Below, in pieces: positions 1-10,349 of a stretch of 19,075 nucleotides of DNA. Source of the stretch: Octopus sinensis (Eukaryota); NCBI RefSeq assembly GCF_006345805.1, contig NW_021824354.1:1-19075 (forward strand), written 5' to 3'. Both the position numbers and the translations under genes were made by a program. The notes below the pieces were generated by a model. It did no database searches and was not told the DNA's origin. It was given only the letters and a program-made list of their open reading frames with translations. Within the stretch, counting starts at the first letter, position 1. The number at the start of each line of letters is the position of its first letter.

Positions 1-75
1 GCTAATGTATAGCTTCACTGCGTACGTACTAGTAAAGATGCGTGTGTGCAACAAACATGAAAAAAATTGTCTTAC

Positions 76-90
76 CTCTAGGAAGAACAT
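76..90 (-). CDS. Candidate 15-nt frame-preserving microexon (MFFLE in phase 0, or xVLPRx in phase 1) of an unidentified host gene
   Basis: Minus strand reads TTTCTAGGTTTTTCATTTTTCAG|ATGTTCTTCCTAGAG|GTAAGA: a polypyrimidine tract, CAG acceptor and near-consensus AG|GTAAGA donor. No homology or transcript evidence. Confidence 0.3.
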
Positions 91-240
91 CTGAAAAATG
101 AAAAACCTAGAAACGGATAATGCAGTACCGGTTTCAGACTCTTTAAAATACGTTTGCCAACGTATATTTGATTTGTCTTCATCAGCTGCATATACCTCGA
201 CAACATTTCAAATGTTGCCACATCTATGCCAGTACACTCT

Positions 241-333
241 ATATAGATAGATAGATAGATAGGGGATAGATAGATAGGAGCTAGATAGAGAGACAGATAG
301 ATAGATATATAGACAAACAGACAGACAGACAGA
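241..333. repeat. (ATAG)n/(ACAG)n microsatellite
   Basis: Direct reading. Confidence 0.9.
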
Positions 334-656
334 TTTTGATCAGCCATGATCTCTGTCGTTCCAGTTGCGATCACCTAGTTTGAGTTTTAAAGTATGGTGT
401 GTCAAAGAATTCATTGTCACCTCGCTTTCTCATTTTTAAGACAGCAAGTCGTGTTTCCAAGCAGATTTGGCTACTATTTCGAGCAAGTCGAAGTTACTGT
501 TGTTGTTGTTTTGGTTGTTGTTGTGGCTGTTGTGATCATCTCATTTTTGAAATAACATCTACAACTACATGCGTCCTCTAATTTGCCCTTCTCCTTTAAA
601 CATGGAAGATTCGGCTGTTGTTTCTAGCAGATCAATCGACGGCAGAGAAGATCCCA
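334..656 (+). mobile_element. Two degenerate fragments of an old interspersed repeat (family G)
   Basis: GATTTGGCTACTATTTCGAGCAAGTCGA (464-491) and GATTCGGCTGTTGTTTCTAGCAGATCAA (608-635) match GACTTGGCTGCTATTTCCAGTAGATCAG (10920-10947). Confidence 0.55.
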
Positions 657-718
657 CATAGCAAATCTGATTTCCAGTGTCACTTCAACTGCTTGGTCGA
701 TGTTTTCGGGAACAGCTG

Positions 719-822
719 AGGTGTCGGTGGCGGTGGTGGTGTTGGCGCTGGTATTGGTGGTGGCGGTGTTGTTGTTGTTGTTGTTGGTGGTGGTGGTGTT
801 GGTGTCGTTGTTGGTGGTGGTG
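719..822. repeat. Imperfect (GGT/GTT)n trinucleotide repeat
   Basis: Direct reading. Confidence 0.85.
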
Positions 823-914
823 AAAAGCAAAGCTCAACAATATATCTCATTTCTCTTTCTGAATAATTTGAAACAAGTATGTCGAGGAGAAAATCAGAAA
901 TCGATATTTCAAAG

Positions 915-1207
915 ATCACCATCATCTTCGTCGTCGTCATCATCACCATCATCATCGTGGTCATCATCTTCGTCGTCGTCATCTTCATCTGTATCATGAT
1001 CATTGTGGTGGTGGTGGTCGTCGCTGCTGTAATCATTGTCGCCATCCTCTTTCCCTCCTCCTCCTCATCATCATCTTTATCGTCGTCGTCGTCGTCATCG
1101 TTATGACCGTCGTGGTCGCAGTCGTGGTCGCCGACTCCTCCTCCTCCTCCGCTTCATCATCCTCCCTTTCATCATCACCGACATCATCATCATCATAATC
1201 GTCGCTG

Positions 1208-1286
<79 letters not shown>

Positions 1287-1308
1287 CCATGATCATCACC
1301 ATTACCAC

Positions 1309-1351
<43 letters not shown>

Positions 1352-1363
1352 GCCATCCTCATC
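915..1363. repeat. Compound (TCA/TCG/TCC)n trinucleotide repeat with a purer (ATC)n core at about 1208-1351
   Basis: Direct reading; source of the poly-D/M/H/I/S ORFs. Confidence 0.92.
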
Positions 1364-1379
1364 GGCAACTTTAACCTTT

Positions 1380-1850
1380 ACTATATTCCTCGGTTCCTAT
1401 ACATTTTTTTATTCCGAACTCTTTCCACGCTTCACTCCTTCCTCTTCCTCTCCATTGATATTACATATTTATTCTTCTCTCCAAACTCCTCTCCGTCTCT
1501 CTCCTTACTCTTTCTCTCCCCTTCCATATTTTCATATATTTATACCCTTATTTTCGTTTCTCTTGTACATCCTCCATTTCTTTCTTGTTTTTCTTTTTCT
1601 TTTTCGTCCTATCTTCTATATTTATTTCATATTTCGATTCTTATTTGAGGGAAAACAATTCCACATTCTCTTTTATTACAATTATCTTTCATTCTTTCCT
1701 ATCAATTCCTTTTTCATTTTCGTTTCCTCCATTTTTTCCCTCCATTTTTTTCCCTTCCATTTTACCTTTGTTATTTTTAAGTGCTTCCTCTTCTTCATTC
1801 GCTATCAAAATTTACCATTTTTTTCGTATATCTTTTCCTTTCTTCGTACA
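1380..1850. repeat. Pyrimidine-rich low-complexity tract
   Basis: Strong C/T bias on the + strand. Confidence 0.7.
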
Positions 1851-2112
1851 CCGACAAAATGTATCGGCTTCAATACGAAATACCAGCAAAGAAACAAGTT
1901 TAATGTTACTCAGAAAGAAAACAGAAAAAAAAAAAAAAATATGGCGAATCCAGTTATATTTATTTCGAAAACTTGCAACAGGGTCTTCTAGGTGTGTGTT
2001 TGTTATTTTTTTCGTGAGTTTTCCTATGTAATCTAGTTCATTTGATGTAGATTTTTCCTATTCTTTTATTTTTCTTTCATATTTAATCATTGCAAGCTCC
2101 CTCAAAAATATG

Positions 2113-2272
2113 TTGTATACATACATAGTTACATCCATAATACATACACACACATACACACACATATATGTATCGACATATATATATAATTAATAATATA
2201 CAAAAAAAAACAGGTATGCTATCAAATCCTTTAGAAAACGTACATCGGTTTCATGTTGTATATATGTATCTA

Positions 2273-2323
<51 letters not shown>

Positions 2324-2637
2324 GACACACATATATATATATAGACACATATATACATACATGCATACATATATGTGTGTATGAGCATATATATATATAT
2401 ATATAAATATATATATATATACACATACATATACACACATATTTATATTTGTGTACATACATACTTACATATATAATACTTACACACACATACACACACA
2501 TATATATCAATATATATAATTAATAATATACAAAAAAAACTGGTATGCTATCAAATGTTTTACGGAACGTAAACCGGTTTCATGTATATATATATATTAT
2601 TATACACACACACCACACACACACACACCACACACAT

Positions 2638-2690
<53 letters not shown>

Positions 2691-2751
2691 CATATATCCA
2701 TACATGCATACATAAATGTGTGTATGAGCATATATATATATATTTTTATAT

Positions 2752-2822
<71 letters not shown>

Positions 2823-2845
2823 GTCTATATATATATGTCTATATA

Positions 2846-2931
<86 letters not shown>

Positions 2932-2958
2932 TACATACACACATATATATTTATATTT
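2113..2958 (+). repeat. Local tandem duplication (units about 2113-2448 and 2449-2958) rich in (TA)n/(CA)n
   Basis: Unique anchors occur twice in the same order: TAATTAATAATATACAAAAAAAA..GGTATGCTATCAAAT..CGGTTTCATGT, TGTGTGTATGAGCATAT and TATTTATATTT. Confidence 0.85.
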
Positions 2959-3243
2959 AAACGTATGTTTATATGTCTTCCCCCTGTGCATACTTTTCAG
3001 TGCGTAGACTTAAACAGCATACGCCCTGCTCTCATATTATCTATGTGTTTATGAATGTATTTCTGTGTATGTTTGCTTGTAAGATGGCTTCCAACTTTAA
3101 TTAACGATATCGACATGTATATTTTTCGATCTCAACTGTTTGGTTACAAATATATTGTTTATTTGAAACGTTTTAGCTTTTTTATTGCACTCACGCACGC
3201 CTAGACGCACTCAGGTATAGAGGCAGCCGTACACCTATGCATC

Positions 3244-3245
<2 letters not shown>

Positions 3246-3275
<30 letters not shown>

Positions 3276-3297
3276 TGTATGTGTATGTATGTATGTA

Positions 3298-3328
<31 letters not shown>

Positions 3329-3923
3329 ATGTATGTATGTATGTGTGTGTATATGTATGTATGTATGTGTGTGTATGTATGTATGTATGTGTGTGTGTAT
3401 GTATGTATGTATGTTTGTATGTATGTATGTATGTATGCATGCATGTATGTATGTATGTATGTATGTATGTATGTATGTATGTATGTATGTACGTATGTAT
3501 GTATGTGTGTGTATGTATGTATGTATGTGTGTGTGTATGTATGTATGTATGTGTGTGTGTGTATGTATGTATTTATGTATGTATGTGTGTGTATGTATGT
3601 ATATGTGTGTGTGTATGTATGTATGTATGTGTGTGTGTGTGTATGTATATATTTATGTATGTATGTATGTATGTATGTGTGTATGTATGTATGTGTGTAT
3701 GTATGTATGTGTGTATGTATGCATGTATGTATGTATGTATGTATGTATGTGTGTGTATGTATGTATGTATGTGTGTGTATGTATGTATGTATGTGTGTGT
3801 GTATGTATGTATTTATGTATGTATGAATGTATGTGTGTATGTATGTATGTGTGTATGTATGTATATATGTATGTATGTGTATTTTTATGTATGTTTGTAT
3901 GCATGTTTGTATGTATGTATGTT

Positions 3924-3955
<32 letters not shown>

Positions 3956-4052
3956 TGTGAATGTGCGTGTATGTATGCATGTATGTATGTATGTTTGTAT
4001 GTATGGACATATGTGTATGTGTGTATGCGTGTGTGTGTGTGTTTGCGTGTAT
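3246..4052. repeat. Long (TATG)n/(TG)n compound microsatellite
   Basis: Direct reading; source of the MYVC/HTYI ORFs. Confidence 0.95.
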
Positions 4053-4376
4053 GTGCGTGGCTTAGCGGTTAGGGTATTCGGCTCACGGTCATAAGGTCGT
4101 GATTTCGATTCCCGGCGGCACGCTGTGTCCTTGAGCGAGACACTCTATTTCTTCTTGTCCCAAGTCCACTCAGCCGGCAAAAACGATTTGTGCCCGTAAT
4201 TCAAAGAACCAGCCTAATTCCTCTCAGCGTCACGCTGAAGCTCCCTTAATATGACGTTAAGGATACGTGTGTCTGTGGGGCACCCAGGCATTTGCACGTT
4301 GATTTCACGTGCGCTCTGTTCGGGTAATCTATCAACTAGAACACTCGTCGTCTTACCCAATAGAGAGCCAGACCGC
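4053..4376 (+). mobile_element. tRNA-derived SINE, family C
   Basis: A-box-like TGGCTTAGCGGTT and B-box-like GATTTCGATTCCC (4101-4113), followed by a CORE-like GTGTCCTTGAGCGAGACACT domain shared with the element at 6321-6626. Confidence 0.8.
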
Positions 4377-4489
4377 GTATGTATGTATGTATGTATGTAT
4401 GTATGTATGTATGTATGTATGTATGTATGTATGTATGTATGTACGTATGTATGTATGCATGTATATATATATGTATGTATGTATGCATG

Positions 4490-4523
<34 letters not shown>

Positions 4524-4888
4524 TGTATGTATGTATGTATGTATGCATGTATATATGTATGTATGTATGTATGATGTATGTATTTATGTACGTATGTATG
4601 TATGTATGTATGTATGTATGCATGTATATATGTATGTATGTATGTATGTACGTACGTATGTATGTATGTATGTTGTATGTATGTATTATGTATGTATGTA
4701 TGTATGCATGTATATATGTATGTATGTATGTATTATGTATGTAGTACGTATGTATGTATGTATGCATGTTATATGTATGTATGTATGTATGTACGTATGT
4801 ATGTATGTATGCATGTATGTATGTATTATGTATGTATGCATGTATGTATGTATGTATGTATGTATGTATGTATGTATGTATGTATGTA
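4377..4888. repeat. (TATG)n microsatellite
   Basis: Direct reading. Confidence 0.95.
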
Positions 4889-4960
4889 TTTCATCACGGG
4901 CAATCTGTTCCATTGATCGTATCAGCTGGGACCCTCATTGTCGTAACCGACGGAGTGGTC
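4889..4960 (+). mobile_element. Isolated 3' tail of family C (5'-truncated copy)
   Basis: TCACGGGCAATCTGTTCC..TATCAGCTGGGACCCTCATTGTCGTAACCGACGGAG aligns to 4305-4370. Confidence 0.65.
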
Positions 4961-5113
4961 ATATATATATATAATATATATATATTATATATATAATGTG
5001 TGTGTGTGTGTGTGTATACATACATACATATATTACACACACACACACACACACATATATATGCACATGCATAGAGATATATATTATATAAAAATGGTTT
5101 GATTCGGCTCTAT

Positions 5114-5160
5114 GCGACTTAAAGTTTCGCAGACTCGTCAAAGAACCTATTTCATCAGGC
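5114..5160 (-). ncRNA. Degenerate type I hammerhead-like motif (possible Penelope-like element remnant)
   Basis: Minus strand: GC-CTGATGA-AA-TAGGTTC-TTTGAC-GAGTCTG-C-GAAAC-TTTAA-GTC-GC. Both core boxes and a GUC triplet are present; stems I and III are only 2 bp. Confidence 0.35.
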
Positions 5161-5234
5161 TTCTGTCAGGCTATTAATAAATGATATATATAACTGCTAC
5201 TATACGTGTAGTGCGGTATTTCCTTTCATTTGTC

Positions 5235-5268
<34 letters not shown>

Positions 5269-5282
5269 GGACACAGACACAG

Positions 5283-5313
<31 letters not shown>

Positions 5314-5348
5314 AACACACACACACACAGACACAGACACAGACACAG

Positions 5349-5379
<31 letters not shown>

Positions 5380-5407
5380 AACACACACACACACGCACAT
5401 ATATATA
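5235..5407. repeat. (CA)n/(CAGACA)n microsatellite
   Basis: Direct reading. Confidence 0.92.
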
Positions 5408-5891
5408 GTAACAGTTTGCCTCACTTTCCGCATCACGAAATTTTAACAAATGTGGAGTTGAGTGATGCTGTTATGAAATGCATGTAATTTGGATCAAATA
5501 TGATGAGTTCTAATGCTTTTTGTTTGCTTACACACTTGTTTGCCACATATCTAATGTATGTGTGAAATAAACGCTGCAAAGCTACGGTATTTCATCTAAG
5601 AGAGACCCCTTTAAAGATGAATCATATTGAAAAAAAACACAGTATATCTTATAGCTAGGCGAAACGAACCCCCTCCCCCACTTATTCTTGCTCTTCAGTG
5701 TCAGATACTACCCCACTTCTGAAAGGACACGTAACAGTTAATCATAGGTATGTATATAAACGGTATAAAATCTATTTACTGATGGGAAAAAGCGTCGCAA
5801 AAGAAGAACAAAATTCAAATTTTGTGTTAGAAGCCACTTTATAATGTAAATATTATCAATATCATATATTTAATGTATGTGCGTTAGTGAA

Positions 5892-5955
<64 letters not shown>
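5892..5955. repeat. (CTAT)n microsatellite
   Basis: Direct reading. Confidence 0.95.
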
Positions 5956-6134
5956 TTTTCTTTTCGTTTGTTCCTTTCCCTTTTTTTCTTCTTTTCCTAT
6001 TTTTTCCCTTTTACGATCCCTTTTGATCGAAAACCTACGCCACCTTTTTTTTATTTTTATTTCATCCCCCAAAAGAAAAGCTCTACCGTGTAACTTGTCC
6101 CATCTGTGTGCAGCCCTGTGTGGCCAATAAAGAC

Positions 6135-6135
<1 letters not shown>
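5956..6135 (+). mobile_element. Probable 3' end of a 5'-truncated non-LTR retrotransposon sharing its terminus with SINE family B
   Basis: 6095-6133 matches the B tail at 10836-10874 at 33/39 positions; the upstream sequence is unrelated to B. Ends in AATAAAGA and is flanked by (TATC)n on both sides. Confidence 0.55.
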
Positions 6136-6202
<67 letters not shown>

Positions 6203-6222
6203 ACACACACACACACACACAC

Positions 6223-6257
<35 letters not shown>

Positions 6258-6312
6258 GTATGTATGTGTGTGTGTGTGTGTGTGTGTATACATACGTATA
6301 TATTTATGTATA
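6136..6312. repeat. (TATC)n followed by (CA)n-(TA)n-(TG)n microsatellites
   Basis: Direct reading. Confidence 0.93.
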
Positions 6313-6320
6313 TGTGGGCA

Positions 6321-6626
6321 AAGACCCTCTTCGGTCAGGAATGACCATGGGTTTGCACCTAGAATGTTTCCCTTCGAGGCACAAAGCCGGACAAGGTTGT
6401 TTATGGAAAACCAACAATCGCCCATGCATACCAGCCTCCCCTCTACACGCCGCCAATGTTGTCCAAGGGAAAGGCAAAGGTCAATACAGCTTGGCGCTAG
6501 TGACGTCACGGCTCATTTCTACAGCTGAGTGAACTGGAGCAGCGTGAAATAAAGTGCCGTGCCTTGCTCAAGAACACAACACATAGCCCGGACCGGGAAT
6601 TGAACTCGCTACCTCATGAACCATTG
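6321..6626 (-). mobile_element. tRNA-derived SINE with a C-type head/core and a D tail
   Basis: Minus strand has the B box GAGTTCAATTCCC and core GTGTTCTTGAGCAAGGCAC..CACTCAGCTGTAGAAATG; 6323-6474 aligns to 14079-14230. Confidence 0.8.
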
Positions 6627-6654
6627 TACATTTGAATAAGTATACATTCCAATA

Positions 6655-6831
6655 AATACATATACATGCCTGCATGTGTATAAATATATATATTTATACA
6701 CATACTTACACGCACACATGTATATGTATGTATGTATGTATGCATGCATGCATGTATGTATGTATGCATGAATGAATGTATGTATGCATGTATATATATA
6801 TATATATATAATATATATATATATATGTATA

Positions 6832-6911
<80 letters not shown>

Positions 6912-6960
6912 GTATATATATAGAAATAGATATACAAATACATATATACGTATATAAATG
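6655..6960. repeat. (TATG)n/(TA)n compound microsatellite
   Basis: Direct reading. Confidence 0.92.
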
Positions 6961-7489
6961 TATTGATACAAGTATACAGAGGAGCATGATCATGTACATA
7001 GTGAAACATTGAACTATGTGTTAGGTGTTGAGTTACTTACTTCGAATTTCAGATCAGCTCAAAGCACTTTGGAGATTACCTTTAAGAATATTTGTTATAC
7101 ATATTTATAAGGAAACTTACGTATTCATATCCCTTATGTTTTTATCATGTGAAATTAAGCTCGATATGAGGTGCAGAACGCAAGCTTTTGCTTGAATAAA
7201 ACCTATCACCATGCTTCGTGTCCAAAAATAAATTGCCATCTATCATCTATACTATAATATAGAAAGCAGCTTATCTGTTTGGAGCATGTAACTTTCTCTA
7301 AATTCTTTTATTAAAGTGTACACTGTGTAGAAAATTCTCATAAATTCCAATTTTAATATTGTTTTTTCATCAAAATGTATTTTTCGAGAATCTTTTATTA
7401 TTGATTTCACCTAAATGCTAAAAGCTTTTTCTGATTAGCATTTCACTAACTTTTATTCCCTGTGACGTACGTTTTTTCCCATCATATAT

Positions 7490-7790
7490 TTATATCCCCT
7501 TTTCAACTGTTTCCTTGCAAAGCTGTTTGCCTGTCTTTATCTCTTCTTTGTTTTCCACTTCCATTTGTATTAGTCTTTCCGTTTCTGTATCCTTATAACT
7601 TTTTTCTCTCTCACCATCATCCTCATCCTTTTTATCAACGTCTTTCTCACTTCAGTCTTTCCTTCTTCTTCCATTACTGTCATCTCCCTATTATTCTCGT
7701 CTTGCCCCTGCAAAGCCTGTTACTTTCACTTTATTTCTTTCCCACTCTATCCCTCTTTCTCACTCGCTCTCTATTACCTTTATTCAATTA
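7490..7790. repeat. Pyrimidine-rich low-complexity tract
   Basis: C/T bias on the + strand. Confidence 0.65.
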
Positions 7791-7868
7791 AATAAAAAAA
7801 AAATGATTCCATAGTAACACTTTTAGACTATTTGTGAAAATTTTTACACTATATTTTTACACCTAATA

Positions 7869-8283
7869 GGCGCAGGAGTGACTGTGTGGTAAGTAGCATG
7901 TCTACCAACCACATGGTTGCGGGTTCAGTCCCACTGCGTGGCACCTTGGGCAAGTGTCTTCTACTATAGCCTCGGGCCGACCAAAGCCTTGTGAATGGAT
8001 TTGGTAGACGGAAACTAAAAGAAACCCGTCGTATATATGTATATATATGTTTGCGAGTGTGTATTTGTGTGTCTGTGTTTGTCCCCTAGCATTGCTTGAC
8101 AACCGATGCTGGTGTGCTTATGTCCCCGTTACTTAGCGGTTCGGCAAAAGAGACCGATAGAATAAGTACTGGGCTTACAAAAGAATAAGTCCTGGGGTCG
8201 ATTTGATCGACTAAAGGCAGTGCTCCAGCATGGCCGCAGTCAAATGACTGAAACAAGTAAAAGAATAAAAGAATGAAAGAATA
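7869..8283 (+). mobile_element. Full-length tRNA-derived SINE, family A
   Basis: GGCGCAGGAGTGACTGTGTGGTAAG head, B box GGGTTCAGTCCC (7921-7932), CORE-like CCTTGGGCAAGTG, internal TA/TG microsatellite and a TAAAAGAA-repeat tail; four other copies in the window. Confidence 0.92.
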
Positions 8284-8705
8284 TCAATTTATCATATAAA
8301 ATTACTTAGAAATTTTTCATTTCATGTTTTATTCATATTGATAGATATTCACATCACAACAGTTTCGTACAAGCAAACAGAGAGTGGTGTTTCTGCTTGT
8401 AGACTAAATGCGAGATGCCGACCTTATGAAAGAACTTGGTTAAACCAAGCGTCGGCTCCACTGCACTTCTTTGAAAGTCCAGCTTTCACAAAGAAAATTA
8501 CGCTAATTGTCCAGTTGGTATAACGTTTAGTATATAGGCATCTATGGAACATTCAGCCACTTACCCTAACAGTAACTACTTGTATTAGTTGAAGAATTGA
8601 AACACTCATAGATCAAAGCTCAATCCTAGACTCTTTCAGTCTGAGTTGTGCCAACTAGAAATGGTTAAAATTCATTGGTGCTCATTACGTTAAAACTACA
8701 TTAAA

Positions 8706-9096
8706 ACTCTCTTTTACTTGTATCAGTCATTTGAATGCGGCCATGTTGGAGCACCGCCTTTAGTCGAGTAAATCAACCTCAGGACTTATTCTTCGTAAGC
8801 CTAGTACTTATTCTATCGGTCTCTTTTGCCGAACAGCTAAGTTACGGGGACGTAAACATACCAGCATCGGTTTTCAAGCGATGTTGGGAAGGACAAACAC
8901 AGACATACAAACACACACACATATACATAGCATACCCCCATGCTTGTTTTCAGTCTTTTATTTGGCTCTTGTTTCATTCGTTCTGAGTAACATAAAACTT
9001 TTTTCAGTTTCCGTCTAACACAGACACACACACACACACACACTCACACATACATACATACATACATACATACATACATACATACATACATACACC

Positions 9097-9151
<55 letters not shown>

Positions 9152-9280
9152 GGACGGGCTTCTTTTATCAAATCCGAGGCTATAGTAGAAGACACTTGCC
9201 CAAGGTGCCACGCAGTGGGACTGAACCCGGAACCATGTGGTTCGTAAGCAAGCTACTTACCACACAGTCACTCCTACGCC
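8706..9280 (-). mobile_element. SINE family A, rearranged, with an internal MITE-like fragment and an expanded (CATA)n tract
   Basis: 8706-8925 and about 9150-9280 are reverse complements of the tail and head of 7869-8283. Confidence 0.88.
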
Positions 9281-9386
9281 TGAAGAATTACTATTTATGA
9301 GACACATGACTACTAAAAATCGACAAGTTTCTCATATTATTCAACTCTTAAACACTCAAAGTGTAAAATTTCTAATCTCTTCTTAA

Positions 9387-9590
9387 TCCTTTGCTTGTCC
9401 AAAGCATTTTCCTAATTTTGTCCTTGACATCCATGTTTGTTTTCAGTTAACCCTTGTTTCTTACTTTCTGAATAACATAAAGCTTTCCTCTCGTAAGTCC
9501 CAAGTGTATCATACGTAGTATCATATGTGGTTTATGAACGCCAGGGAAATATGTCATGTGCATCACGTGATGCACAGTAGAAGCAAAGGG
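9387..9590. mobile_element. piggyBac-type MITE (non-autonomous DNA transposon)
   Basis: TTAA (9383-9386) + TCCTTTGCTT ... AAGCAAAGGG + TTAA (9591-9594): a 10-bp terminal inverted repeat with one mismatch and a TTAA duplication. A related fragment lies at about 8937-9002. Confidence 0.7.
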
Positions 9591-9727
9591 TTAACATTAA
9601 TTTATTTATTTATTATACGTAGTGAAACAGTTGAATCCGAGGAAAGTAGTGATTCTATGCATCGGCGAATAGTAGCACAAAACGCGGTAACAGTGGAATA
9701 GAAGTTATGTGATGCGGAAGTAGAGAG

Positions 9728-9760
9728 GTCAAATGTTTCGAGTTGAACTCTTCATCAGAG
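9728..9760 (-). ncRNA. Hammerhead-like core remnant
   Basis: Minus strand: CTGATGA-A-GAGT-TCA-ACTC-GAAAC-ATTT. Stem II is perfect; stems I and III are not convincingly formed. Confidence 0.3.
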
Positions 9761-10349
9761 CGAGATGAGTTCTCTTAGAAGTGGTTCGAGATAAGAGAGT
9801 GTTGAAAGCGGGAAGCTATTATAATAATGAATATTAAGGAAGGAGGAGGAAGAGGAGGAGAGAGAGAGAAAGAGAGAGAGAGAGAGGGGTAGGGTTGTAA
9901 CGATGGGGAAAGAAGTATTTGTGGAAGGGCAGCGGTCAAAGCGAGAAGATAAGAAACAGGAACACCGGCAGATTTGCAAAAAGAAACGAAACGAAACGAA
10001 AGCGAGATGGGATTAAGACAGGAAAAAGTACCCACATATACATGCATACATACACAAACACACATTCATATATACTCGCATACACATACACATATTTATA
10101 CACACACATACTTAAACACACAGGTGTGCATACATACATGTATATACGCAAATAAGTTAGTTGAATAAGATGGGTTTGCTGAAAATGTTGAGTAAAGAAC
10201 ACAGCCACCGATCCGTGTTTATACGCATCCAGACGGATAGACGCCCATATTGAAATCAATAAATATTTAACCTAATTCAACATAACAAAATCAACTGATA
10301 CCTGACTGTTTTTGTTGTCATTGCTGTTGTTGTGAATGTTATTCATATC

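Noticed and set aside
149-188. CTGATGAAGACAA..TTGGCAAACG on the minus strand, hammerhead-like
   Set aside because: It lacks the G of GAAA, stem II is mismatched and there is no stem I.
624-1374. Pro/Thr-, Asp/Met- and His/Ile-rich ORFs on both strands
   Set aside because: These are translations of trinucleotide repeats, open in several frames, with a frame slip inside (ATC)n. There is no recognisable domain or clear splice context.
1289-2031. Phe/Ser/Leu-rich + strand ORFs and a Glu/Lys-looking minus strand
   Set aside because: Compositional artefact of a pyrimidine tract; the minus-strand reading is interrupted by stops.
2190-7009. MYVC, YIYI and HTHT ORFs up to 285 aa
   Set aside because: Stop-free microsatellite frames.
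8338-8523. 61-aa non-repetitive ORF between the inverted A SINEs
   Set aside because: Non-ATG start, length expected by chance, no recognisable motif.
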